Shown here piece by piece: positions 1 through 12,785 of a stretch of DNA of 64,000 nucleotides. Both the position numbers and the translations under genes were made by a program. Origin of the DNA: Botryllus schlosseri (taxonomy: Eukaryota); the NCBI GenBank assembly GCA_051294905.1, contig CM119372.1:22632001-22696000 (forward strand). The letters are read 5' to 3'. Under the pieces are notes generated by a model. That model searched no databases, was not told where the DNA came from, and was given only the letters and a program-made list of their open reading frames with translations. Position 1 is the first letter of the stretch. Each line of letters begins with the position of its first letter.

Positions 1-280
1 CGTTACGCAATGAAGAGCCAAGCTAATACTTGTGACGCAATAATGAACAGAGGCGTTTGAAAATCCGACATTTTTGCTATCCAAAGCCTGTTTTAAATTG
101 CACAAATGAAAAGTAATCGTTCTTTCACAAAGAAATCGATAAGATATGTGAAATAGTCGATTACGATTACGATTACTTCGGATTTTTTTTGGTATGTAAT
201 CGATTGCGATTACGATTACTTGGAAATGCTGTAATCGTCGTAATCGATTACGATTACTAATCACGATTACCCTATTTCTG
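1..280 (+). repeat. Right end of a MITE with CGATTA subterminal repeats (second copy about 1630-1953)
   Basis: Near-identical GTAATCGATTACGATTAC blocks at 113-280 and 1788-1953. Confidence 0.7.
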
Positions 281-2042
281 GTTGGAACCCCTCAAAATGG
301 TCGGTTCAACAGTTATAGTACAGATATTTCGTTAAAGGAGCTATATTGACCCTATATTTTCAATTGTCAATGTCAATCCACATTGGTAACGTCAAGGCTT
401 GAAAAAAATAAAAAACATGTTTTAAACAAGGGCATGTTGTAAACATGCTCGCTTTAAATTTACTTTTGTTTTAAATGCAACCCTAATTTAAAGCAATAGG
501 CATTTAGGTTTCAGTCAATACCGTGCCACGACACACCAAAAGACATATGCAATTTCGACCAACACGCGACTTCACGAAGTGTGCCACTAAAGAAAGATCT
601 TGGCAGAAACTTAGGGTATGTGTCCATTGTCAATAGCCGCGCTGGGTGGGCGTGACTATTAGTCCATTCCTTCCAATCCGAGCCCACAATGCAAATGCCA
701 CCTGGACACCCACAGAGCATTAAAGACATGACAATTTGTGTGTGCGTCTCACGAAAGTTTTTCTTTTAGTCTGCTACGTTAGGGATGCAACAATATCTTT
801 TGATTATATAACATACCGGAAATCACGAATTAACAACATACACTAAAGTAATTATAACAAGATAACAGACATTATAACTATGAATTACGTGCCCCCAGCT
901 CTACAGGTAAATCTGACCATCGGGGGCAGAGAGAGAGAGAGAGGAATAAAAATGAATAATAATGTAATGCGATTACCAATGTTATTGACGAAATTCAGTC
1001 TTCAACTTGAAATTATCACCCTATGGGGCCAAAGACTAACGTTTGGACTGGGGGACGAATGGCTGTTTTGGTCCTGATTTTAGCTACAACCCACGCTAAC
1101 ATGATATATAAACCCATGGCTATGGCGGCAGGTCCCAATGTTGGGTGAAGAATTATGAAATAACGATTAGCGCATGCAAGTAGAGTCATATGAGAATAAG
1201 AATAACATGAAGAGAACCTAAAATTCTGCCTTCAACTTAATACAGATAATGTACTGCAAGCTACCGCTACGAGAAACGGCAAAAACGGCTCGGTTGTGAT
1301 ATACATCAGCAACTGTTGATTTTTATTGCTTCGTTGTGGAAACCGTAATGTTACATTTAACGAGTACGAAATTTCAAATCTCTGCCCGGTGTACGTACGT
1401 ACTACATAGGCCTACTGCTCGCCAAGCAGCAACGGTCAAACTACGTTTGCATAACCAAACATCAATACACAAGTTACCTGGTAGAGTGGTGATTAATTAT
1501 CCTGCTCCGGGGTACTGGCGTGTGGAACGGGTTGGTAACCTGATATACAGCACGGCAGGTGTTCTTCCAATCACACGAATGTACGTGACGTAGGCTACAT
1601 CGAATATCTATTTACTGTGGATACTTCTTTTACGCAATGACCAGCAAAGCTAATAGGCTACTTCTGACGTAATAATGAGCAATGGCATTTAAAAATCAGC
1701 CGTTTGTGTTATCATGAACCTGGTATATTACATCTTCCTTGTTCACGAATGGTCGGTTTATGTCATAGTCCTTGTACAAATTTAAAAGTAATCGTTCTTT
1801 CACAAAGAAATCGATTAGATATGGCAAGTAGTCAATTACGATTACGATTATTTCGGAATTTTTTCGAATGTAATCGATTGCGATTACGATTATTTGAAAA
1901 TGCTGTAATCGTCGTAATCGATTACGATTACTAATCGCGATTACCCCATGTCTGGTCATGGAACCCATGGTGTTCCGTAGAACACCGGTTAAGAACCACT
2001 ACGTTTGACTATATGCTTGAATGAGCAGCGTCATTTGTACAG

Positions 2043-5000
2043 GCATTGGGTTAACGAAAGTAGAAGAAGGATCCGAGCAACGGAAGCACTTTGAGCAATT
2101 TGAGAGACAAGAGAGCAACAGTGGGGACAGTTGCCAGACAAAGGTGAGCATAGGCGTTACTGCTTTGCCAGCTGTTAATCTGGTGTTAGGATCAGCAGTC
2201 ACTTTACTCTCATAACGCTTGTGTCAAGTCAGACGCCTTTACAACGACAGAGTTCATTTCTTTTAGAATTCCTCGATGTGTGCTCTTCCGTCTGTGAATA
2301 CCCTGTCACCGATCGTAAATTCTCAGCAAATTCACCATCGAGGACTGCAAGGTAGGACACAGTCCTGGTGCTCATTTCGCGTATGGAAACGTGCGTAATC
2401 CCAATTTTAATTCGATTGGAACTATTCCTAACCTAGCTATAACCCAACTATAAATTTCGACACTAAACAAGTTTTCGAATTCATTCCTGTTAAATAAAAA
2501 ACTTGATGATATTGAACGTAAAGGTGCATGCTGTTACTAAATATTATCATCGAATATTAGGGAACTTTTTTCATTCCAATTCGAGGGACTTGGTTAAAAT
2601 TGTTGCGCAAGAGTAGAGATCAGTAATTCAGTGTACGGGGATTCCCGAAATTCTGCCGGCAAGGAAGACATGACATTTTCCAACTTCTAGCTATAACAAA
2701 AATATTGCCATTTAAGCTGAATGAATACTAGTCAGCCGGACGACGGCCTTACATATCGATCTCGACTTCCGTCACTTGCCATACCTGATTTTATCGCTTG
2801 TCACTTTATAACATCTTCTTTTACTTTCATTGAGTGTGCATTAGGGCTCTTCAAAAATGACTAGGAGTAGCAATACAATGAATGATGGGAAGATGCCGAA
2901 ACGACTAGGAGTAGTCTTAAGATCAGACACCCACCTGGGCCTAGGCGAGGTAAAGAGGAGGCATGCACACTAGGGCTCTTCAAAAATGACTTTTTTTTCT
3001 CAAATCGTACTGGCTACTTGATAAAATTGTTAGGTTACCTAATTGAAGCCTACACACAAAATTTGGTTCAATTCCAGCCAGTAACCGCTTTGCTACAGGA
3101 GAATAAAGTTTCTATTTATTATATAAAAATAAATAATGAAAAATTTGAAAATGTTCTGTTCACCACATGAAAGTGTTAGGCTGTCTATAGAAACGATTCT
3201 CACCCAATTTGGTTCAATTCCAACCAGTGGAAGCGGAGTTATTGCCGTCAAAAAATTTGGATTTGAATAAAATAGTATTTACGGTGAGCACAACTATAAT
3301 AAATAAACAAAGATTCGGTCACCGTAAATACTATTTTATTCAAATCCAAATTTTTCGACGGCCATAACTCCGCTTCCACTGGTTGGAATTGAACCAAATT
3401 TGGTGAGCATCGTTTCTATAGACAGTCTAACACCTTCATGGGGTGAACAGAAAATTTTCAAATTTTTTATTATTTATTATTATATAATAAATAGAAACTT
3501 TATTCTCCTGTAGCAAAGCGGTTACTGGCTGGAATCGAACCAAATTTTGTGTGTAGGCTTAAATTAGGTAACCTAACAATTTTATCAAGTAGCCAGTACG
3601 ATTTGAGAAAAAAAGTCATTTTTGAAGAGCCCTAGTGTGCACTGTGCATGCCTCCTCTTTACCTCGCCTAGGCCCAGGTGGGTGTCTGATCTTAAGACTA
3701 CTCCTAGTCGTTTCGGCATCTTCCCATCATTCATTGTATTGCAGTCTTGTGATGTTTAGAAGTGATGAAATTTTATGAATAAACTTGAACTTGAACTTGA
3801 ATGTGTCCGTTGTATTCAAGGTATACCACAGCAAGCATACAATCATTTTCATTCCGACATGATCAATGGTGGATTCCATCACGGTAAGAATATATTACAT
3901 GGCTATCGACAAAACGTATATACGCAGATGCGGACGTCTGGTCGGGTTCTGGCTTGACTTGGAAAATATTTTCGGCTTATATCGACACAATGACCACTTG
4001 ATTGATCATCGATATAGAATTTTTATGGTAGTAAATTTTTCCCACTTCGTGGTCGGTTGACTAAAAAATAAGGCCAACTTTCCGGCTCAAAACCCGGATT
4101 ACAGGTTTTCTTTCACATTATTCGTTGGTTGATTAAAAAAAGGCCAACTTTCCGGTTCAGGTCCCGAAAGCCCCGGACCGTTACTTCAGTGCTGATTTGC
4201 TGTGTCTCAGTCGAATTTTGCCCAATATTTAACCAAATTTTTTAAAAAAGGACTGTTGGGCGTCCTCCGAGGACACTTTCAAAACAGTAAAAAAAAGAGG
4301 ACAAATCCTCCTAAAAGAGGACGTATGGTAACCCTTATATATAATATAGCCTAATAATTACAGTTAGGCCTATCATTATTTTTGTAGGATCTAGATAGGA
4401 TTTAGATTCACTCAGAGGTGGTCAGTAACGAAGTACTTCTACTTTTTCGAAGTACTCAAGTAGTTTTCCGCTTTTAGAGGTAGTATTTATAATTCAATTT
4501 CAATTCCCAGCATCATATACTTTGAGTTCTGATTAATATCAGTTCTTTTGTCTGGATAACATACATGTAATGTAATGTTGAAGTATAAAAGCAAGTATGG
4601 TAATGCCTTTAATTTCCGGAAATAAAGTTGCACAGTATGGCATTTTTACGATCCACCATATTTTTTATTCACGTTTACTAATCGCGCAAAGTGTTTTCAC
4701 CGCATCCTATACTTCTCCGTATTGCTCTTCGACTAAACTACGCGCCTTATAATATGGGGGAGTGCGCCATACCGTGATATTTTCTAAAATGTGCTGTTCG
4801 ATTAAGCAGAGAATTAGTATCGCATTTCCATATCAATACTATAATTTTCATCCCATGATTCGGACGAATGCTTATATGCTGTCGAAAATTGAATACCTCC
4901 TGGTATGCATCAAGTGAATCAAGCTCGGTACATTTCGCGTAGCTCAATTCGCACCTTTTGACAATCCATGCGAATGGATTACGATCGCTTTCACAACTAC

Positions 5001-8000
5001 TTACTTACTTGAGTAGATTTAAAGTCAGTCAATTCTACTTCTACTTCAAGTAGTTTAGGTAGCGTATGGAAGAAGTACTTCTACTCGTACTTGAGTGGGT
5101 TTTTTCGTCACTACTTCTACTTCCACTTGAATAGCTTTCTTGACTACTTTGACCGCCTCTGGATTTACTATTATCGCGTTGCTCGATTTGAACACTTCAT
5201 TTCGAATAATTGAGGATAATAAATCGATTTTGTACGAATTGGTCAGTGAATGCTTCGTATAAATGCACTTTTCATATAGGCATACCAACCTCAGCTATAG
5301 GTAAGTAAGGCTAATGACGACCACGTAAACCCTAACTTGTGGTAACGTGAGCTATTCACGTGATAAAGTTTCGACAACGTTTCGACTAAAGGCACCGTCG
5401 TAAAATCTTTTTACAGTCAAGAGTCAACATGATGCAATAGCGGCCAACATTACTCACATGACGTCGGCACCGTCCGTTGTGCAAGTGGACAATCCTCAAC
5501 AGCTAACCGGTTAGTATTATAGTTACGTTTGTATACTCACCCGATCACTATGCATTGACGGACATACCGAGTGTAGCACATATCGGCTCTTACTTCATGT
5601 TCTTCATGCGTTCATTCAGCAATCTTAGTTTACTTTTTATGTTTAATTTGCAAAGAACGTGTCAAGCATGATTCAGTGGAACATATCCTTCGCTTTAAAT
5701 ACGCGTGGTCTATGCCGAAGCGATGAAAGCGACTATATACTGTAGATCAGCAGTGTTTTGTTTTATCAGTCAACCAACTCCAGTTACTACGCTCAAACGG
5801 CAACTTTAAAGTGGATGCGAATCATCCCGGTACTATTGTATCATACGTTTGTACACCAGGGTCCCTGCCAGTGATTGAGCAAAATACATTACTCGAACAG
5901 GTATGAAGGATTCGACGCGATGTGATGACATCATTTCCAAATACTTTCTGCGTCACAGCATTATGGGCAATGTGTGGTTAATTGTTTTCAATTTTTCATA
6001 ATTACAAAGCGAGCAAGCATGTAGAAATGTAGAGTGATGGGAATGCGTAATCAATTGTCAGCGCTCAAAGATAAACCTTCCTATGTGACCAAGTTCAATC
6101 GAGCGATCAACGAATTCTGCTAACCATAATTCTATGATTTCGCTGTTGATTTCACCACTATCACATTCGTTACAGTTGGTAGTTGGCAATATCTTGCATC
6201 TCGAAAATCAAAAAGTGATTGCTGATAGATATGACTGGGAAACAGAGGTGGTCGACGTGGTCAGCATTTCTACTCAAGTAGAAGTAGAAATAATGTCGTT
6301 CAGTTCTACTCAATTACTAGTAGAAGTAGAGATTTCCTAGCTAAACCGAACATACTTCAAGTAGAATTATAAATGAAAAAGTATAAAAAGTATATGATGG
6401 TCTGACAAGTAACCTACTCAAACAAGAAGTTTCAAAAGTAGATATGGTCAAGTCGTCATATAGCCTACTTACGCAACGTAAAAGTATGGTAAGCATTACA
6501 AGTAGGAATAAACTAATTTATTAGTACTCCGAAGAGTACACTGAAGTATTGCTCGTTGCTGACCATCTCTGCTAGGAATCCCCAGACTGTATCAGTTACT
6601 CGACGTGGTTAATAGGCAGGGCATGGTGAGGTGCTATAGTGGAATTCTTATTTATATGTATTGCACAGGGATATCCAGATATCCATGGTATTGCAGTCGT
6701 CTACTGATAGGCATATTGTAAGTGACTCGTAATATCTCTATATTTTAGAGCAGGGGTCTCAAATGCGCGACCCGCGTATAAAACAAGTACAACAACAATT
6801 TTATTCATATATTGTGATTTTTTCGTGCCAGTCGTGAATTGCTACACAGTAAATCACATTTTCACGATGGGCGTGAAATTTCATGTTGCAAGGTCCCGTC
6901 AAATAAGGCCTTCTTGCCTGATTGGAAAGACATTGAATGGCCCTATTTATCGATGCTGTGGCCTGCGATGTCATCAAAAACTAAGAATTTGACTCGCGAG
7001 AAAATTTGAGTTTGATGCCCCTCTTCTAGAGTCACTGCAGTCAGCAGTCTATCGAATTTGAAATTTCCAAATTCTAATCAGAGTTCCCGATGGCAATGTG
7101 ATAATAAAGTCGCCATCATGTTACATTCCAAGATCTGAGTTCGGGATAGGGTGTGGGGAGTGACAATACGTGTTCTTAGTCGTTATCAATCGGAACCAGG
7201 TTACTAACAGACCGGACAAGTGCGTATCTGAACGTCGTATCACCCGAGTTTGTAATGTTTAGGAAAAATCGTAGCGCCCAGGCTACCAATGATGGATCAT
7301 AATGCCTGCGGCTTCCATCCGAATATTGGTAGTGATACTACCAAGTTTCGTCAGGAATCTGCTGTACAGGATTGAGATGTGCGTCTCTTGCCTTAATTTT
7401 GTTAAAATCTAAAAACGACAGAGTAGTACGACTATTACCTTGCTCTTTTAAACTCAGCAGCGGAATCGAAATTACCGCGAATTAACGAAGATTTCGGGCG
7501 TCAACCATCATAAATGAGAATAATCAATCTTAGATGAGTTCTTCAGAAATGATGGAAAATCGGGTAATGTGACGCATTTCTTCAGGCATTCCGATATGAA
7601 GGTTGATGAGATTAAAGACAGCAGCAACACTGCTCAACTATATGACACCAACCTGGGATATCGTGTTATACCACCTCATCGATACTGGTGAACCATCGTG
7701 CTGGGATGGATATTGTGTTCGAACGGTCTCCTGCTATTTAGTTCCTGAATTCATCGAACATTAGATGACTTTGATTCCATACTGAGCTTTTCCGTGACGT
7801 TTTTGATACACCAGAACTGTGACATTTTTATAATTCTGGGTGAACTTTGTAAAGATTATGCAACAATTGTTAATTCAAATTGTTATGTGGTATTAGAGGG
7901 CTTATTTTATGTTTACAATCGCCGATTGGTCAAGCCCGATGTATCCGGCTAACCACGAGGCATTTGTGGAAATACATACCACTCAAACATTACGCTTGTC

Positions 8001-11000
8001 GTTGTCGGTCATGAATGGAAAAAAGTCATCACTATATTGCTCGTATGCATCGCATTCCGCATTGTCCCTATTCATCGGGTGGGCCTATTCAAAAGATATC
8101 CACTCCTTAATTTAATACAGTCCAGCCAAAAAATCTGATCACAAAGTGTGTCGAGTAACTCGTATTCATTGTTGAAATATTTTGGTGACAAAGATTCGTC
8201 CAGTGGAATTCCCATGATTTTGTTCAATAGGGATAGTCTGTGAACGTGAGGTTCACGTTCGCGTTCTGTGTGTGAACCTCAGAAATTTAGAGGTTCACGT
8301 TCACAAACGAACCTCGGTAAGTTTATATAGATAACTAACCTACGGATAGATACGAAACACCCGTCGTCACGCTTGCTTGCCCAGAGGAAAGTTACTGTTC
8401 AGCAATCTGAACGCAACGTAACTGCTAACGTGCTAATCCCGATGTTATGAAGGAAATATGTCTAAAGTTCGTTCTCTGCGTGACTGCCTTATCGCGTCCA
8501 TCAAGTGCGACGACGAAGACATCGTGCCATGTAATAACGGGTGAAGCAGCCGCGGCAGCTGGAGCGTGAAGGTCATGTAGAAATTTCAATAAATTGCAGC
8601 TCCATTACGGTGGAGTCTGAAGAAAATGGCTGCGACCGAAACTTTTTTCGTTTTGGCCTTCAATTTGAGACCAATTCATTTTTTGAGCGTGTGTGGGACG
8701 GGAATTGGCAATATGACGTCACGTGATGTCATAGGTTCACGTTCACACGAACCTTTCATTGGTCCGCATTCGCTCAGGGTTACCGTACGTCCAGGGCTGT
8801 AACTGCCGCACCCCAAACCCTCCAATTGGGGGGGGGGCGAGCTCGAAGGGGCCCTAAATTTTTGGGTGAATTAGCATAAATTATGGAGTATATTTTTGAA
8901 ACTCTATGCAACTTTTTCAAAACATTTTCGCCCTGCGCGCAATTTTAAGTTGCCAGATGTTATGATTATTGGGTACTCTTCCCCCAAGGAAAAATACGCA
9001 AGATTTATAGAAATGGGCATATCGGCGTTGGCCAATGCCGCGCCACGACGCCCCAAGACATATACAGTTTTAGGCCATGTAACACGCGACTCCAAGAAGT
9101 GTGCCAGAACGATCGGCAGCAAGAAACCTTGGCCGAAAAGGACTGCACTTATGGTGACCAAAAACTTCGTTATACATACGAAATACATGTAGGTTTATTT
9201 GTCCATAGGCGTCTAAATGACTGGCGACGAATGTTCCTGTCACAGTAATCTGAACCTCACAAGACAAATACCATCCCGCAGGGAAAAATTAGATGCCAGT
9301 GAAGAAATACCAATTTGAAATCATGTGATCTTTTAGTTTAGTACGTTTGAGCGATTCCATATTTTTTGATATAGCAGGCAGGAGATCACGAAATAACATC
9401 ATGTAACGAAGTCATAACAACGAACCCGCCCGTCAGAAGATGTTTAATTCTTTACGGGCTCTACAGTTTCAAAGGCACCTCAGTCAGCTCTACCGGTAAA
9501 TCTGATTACGTGAGTAGAGAGGACAAGAAATTGATAGGAATATAGGCTATATGCAATTCCCGATCTTATTGGCCGATTTTATCATGCATTATCAGAAATT
9601 TTCGCGCTTAGCGCTGGCTAACTGAACAGTACAACTGTAATTTTGTGGCAAAAGCGAACAACGTGATTGGGGAGGGGGGTCGCTTTATCACCCTATATGA
9701 GCCCACGACTCAAGTTTTTTTGGGGGCCTGACGAAGTGCTGTTTCGTTCCTGCCAACGGGTATACACCCGGAGATGTTCAATTATTATTGAGGGGTCCTA
9801 CCTTTTCAAGCACACCTTACTCAGCTCTACCGGTAAATCAGATTACGGAAGCAGAGAGGATAAGAATTGATAGCAATAGAGCAATAGGCCTACCTATCAT
9901 ATTGACCGATTCAGTCATGAATTGTAGAAATTTCTCGCCCTTCGCGCGATTAAGCAAGGAAAGCTGACTCACTAAACGGACACCCAATGTATAAACAGCG
10001 TCCTATTGACCGATTCAGTCATGAAATATACAAATTTCTCGCGCTCCACGTGATTAGGCAATCAAAGCAGACTCACTAAACGGAGAGCCAATAAAGAAAC
10101 AGCGTATACCCAATGTAAACTGCGTATAGTCGGAGGGGGGTCTGGAGAGCGAAGCCCCCCAGAAGCTCCATTTACCATCCTATGGGAGTCCCAAGACTAA
10201 GGGTGGATTGCACAGATGCCGATTGAAAAGTAATCACCGATTACCTTAGTGGCTAATCGTTATCTGTACCACGGAAGGCAGCCGATTACTGACGTTTAAT
10301 CGACGATTACGACTTAATCGACATCTGTGCAATCCACCCTAAGGTTTTTTTGTGGGGGGGGGGGGGGGCTGACGAAGTGCTGTTACGGCCCTGCGTATGT
10401 CCTCTCTTGAAAGGATTAGTCCTCTTTTTTGAAAATGTCATCGGAGGCCTTGACTGACCTCTTTTTTGAAAATTTTGGTTAAAAGCACGTGAAATTTAAA
10501 CTGAGATATAGGAAATTAGAACTCAAGTAACGCGGCCAGGTGGGAGTTGAGTTTATTTTTAGTCAACCAACTACAAACTAGGAGAAAATTTACAAATTTT
10601 ACCCCGGTATTGTAAGTCTGAGCAAGTGTCCTCGTTCCGGATTCCCAAAATATGGCAACCCTGGCACTCGCACCCAGCACCGTAACTGCCGCACCCCAAA
10701 CCCCCCAATTGGGGGGGCGAGCTCGAAGGGGGCCCAAAATTATTTCGTGAATTAGCATAAATCATATAGTATTTTTTGAAAATGTATGCAATTTTTTCAA
10801 AATTTTTTCGCGCTGCCCGCGAATTCCAGTAGCCATTTCTCTTTATTATTGGGTATTGGGCCATTACCGCGCCACGACCCACCAAAACATACAATCATGC
10901 GACTCCAAGAAGTGTGCCAGAACGATCGGCAGCGAGAAAACCTCGGCCGCAAAGGTCTATTCCCTTATGCTGACCGAAGACTTGGTTATATATACAAAAT

Positions 11001-12326
11001 ACATATAGGTTTAATTGTCCTTATAGGCGCCTAAATGACTGGCGGCGAATGTTCCTGTCTTTGCAATCTGAAGCTCACAATAACAGCCCCGCTGAGAAAA
11101 AATTTATGCCAGTGAAGAAATACCAATTTGAAATCGTGTGCGTCTCTTAGTTTAGAAGCCTACGTTTGGGCGATTCTATATTTTTTCAATATAGCAGACT
11201 GGAAGTCACGAAATAACATCATGTACGAATTCGTCACTTAAGTCATATCAACGGGTCCGCCCGCCCGAAGATGTTTAATCATTATTTACGGGCCCTCCCG
11301 TTTTCAAGACACTTCACTCAGCTCTACCGGTAAATTTAATTACGTGAGTAGAGAGGACAATAAATTGATAGCATAAAATATATGCAATCGCCGATCTGAT
11401 TGACCGATTTTATCATAAATTAACGAATTTTTTCGCGCTGGCTCACAATACAGTACAGATGATTTCGTGACAGACGCGAACAACGTGATGGAGGGGTCGT
11501 TTCATCACCCTATGGGAGCCCAAGATCCACGTTTTGGGGGGCCTGACGAGGTGCTGTTTCGTTCAGGGCCAACGGGTATACGCCCGAAGATGTTTAATTA
11601 TTATTGAGTGGTCCTACCTTTTCAAACACACCTCACTCAGCTCTACCGGCAAATCTGATTACGTGAGCAGAGAGAAGATAAAAATTGATAACATTATATA
11701 TACAATTCCCAATCATACTGACCGATTCAATAATGAATTTTACAAATTTCGCGCGCTTAGGCGACAAAAGCTGGTTCACTGAACAAACTCACAACGAATA
11801 TGATAAATAGCGGTAAACAGGGTATCGCCGGAGGGAGGCGAAGCCCCCCAGAAGTTCGATCTATAACCCTAAGGGGAGCCCAAGACCAAAGTTTTTTGGG
11901 GGGCCTGACGAAGTGCTGTTACCGCCCTGCTCGCACCGTCCCAGCGTTCAACACTCTCAATCAATACTAGGATATATTCTCTAATTGTAACAACCCCCAG
12001 ACTGCATCCAGAGACAATGTCCGCAGTGCAGCTGTAAATTCTCAGGATGCCTACAGATCCACGAATGCTCTTCAGCTGCCACAAAAACAAACTGAGTTAC
12101 CCAGACGAATGGGGCTGTGCAGTTTCAAAAACGGCAGCAGTGTTTTGGTTGGTACCAGGTATCGGAAAGTATTGTGAATTCGCGCCTGAAGAATACGAAA
12201 TTGATAAACTTAGTATAAGTAGGCTATAAAATTTGACACGATCGCTAATTTCTTAGCAATTTCATGGGAAATCAATTCGGGGCTAGGAAATCTCACGAAT
12301 TTCCAACGAACACAAACCCGAATTGA
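2043..12326 (+). CDS. Putative multi-exon protein-coding gene of unknown function (S/N/Q-rich; 5' exons not resolved)
   Basis: Six stop-free segments with AG/GT boundaries and compatible phases: 2043-2143 (IGLTKVEEGSEQRKHF...QTK), 2267-2351 (NSSMCALPSVN...RGLQ), 5417-5509 (KSQHDAIAAN...QQLT), 5746-5900 (QQCFVLSVNQ...LLEQ), 11971-12158 (DIFSNCNNPQ...VLVGT), 12257-12326 (NFMGNQ...PN*). Extra exons may lie between 5900 and 11971. No recognisable domain. Confidence 0.5.
2724..3801 (+). mobile_element. LINE 3' UTR fragment interrupted by the foldback MITE
   Basis: Homologous to the copies at 44266, 52058 and 55715; ends AATAAA(CTTGAA)n. Confidence 0.7.
2973..3632. mobile_element. Foldback-type MITE (near-complete palindrome, TA-flanked)
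   Basis: GGGCTCTTCAAAAATGACT...AGTCATTTTTGAAGAGCCC with arms of about 315 bp at high identity. A related partial copy starts near 32902. Confidence 0.88.
4413..5161 (+). mobile_element. Non-autonomous hAT-like element, CAGAGGTGGTC family (CTACTT/AAGTAG subterminal repeats)
   Basis: TIR CAGAGG(T/C)GGTCA; TSD GATTCACT/GATTTACT. Confidence 0.82.
6243..6571 (-). mobile_element. Short CAGAGGTGGTC-family copy
   Basis: Same TIRs and subterminal motifs; degenerate TSD CTGGGAAA/CTAGGAAT. Confidence 0.7.
6751..7023. mobile_element. hAT-like MITE
   Basis: CAGGGGTCTCAAA...TTTGATGCCCCTC; TSD TTTTAGAG/TTCTAGAG. Confidence 0.7.
8792..10393 (+). mobile_element. Non-autonomous hAT-like element, CAGGGCCGTAAC family, nested in an AGGGTTACC MITE (8775-10663)
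   Basis: TIR CAGGGC(T/C)GTAAC / GTTACGGCCCTG; TSD CGTACGTC/CGTATGTC; internal duplication of the right-end segment. Confidence 0.85.
10201..10339. mobile_element. PIF/Harbinger-type MITE nested in the 8792 element
   Basis: TIR GGGTGGATTGCACAGATG; TAA on both sides. Confidence 0.8.
10675..11929 (+). mobile_element. CAGGGCCGTAAC-family hAT-like element
   Basis: TIRs; perfect TSD CTCGCACC; homologous to the 8792 and 46006 copies. Confidence 0.88.
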
Positions 12327-12785
12327 TCCGATTAACGCTGCATTGGCGCAAGTATTGGAAGTCCGATGAAGCAGCTAGTCAGTAGTCACAGACCGTATTC
12401 TTTCGAGGTCTTACAAACGAGGGACATCGATGCCTGCATTCGATCGAGAACTAGTCAAGCTCTCTGAATGTCGATAAATGACCTGCCGATTACTATTATG
12501 CCAAGGCCAGCACAATAAACATCTATAAAGAAACCACTCTGTAGCTATAGTTTCAGTTGACCTATCCTGTGAAGACATACATCCTGACTCAGTCGCGACG
12601 AAAAGTATGCGCGTCAACCGAAAGCGGGCACGTCAGACAAAAAAAATTACCCACGCAGCATTGCGAGTGATTAAATAGAATTAGCAATATCTTTGTCGTA
12701 AAAAAGGAATTGTATGAAAACAATTGCATATTAGTAAATAACGGCGACACACAAACGTGGAAGAACAAATGGAAAAATAAAAATC

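Noticed and set aside
7100..7750. Additional exons of the plus-strand gene
   Set aside because: Several candidate splice sites but no unique phase-consistent path without transcript data.
8896..9192. Apparent protein family (similar ORFs at 31548 and 46911)
   Set aside because: Chance ORFs within copies of one non-autonomous element; frames and stops are not conserved between copies.
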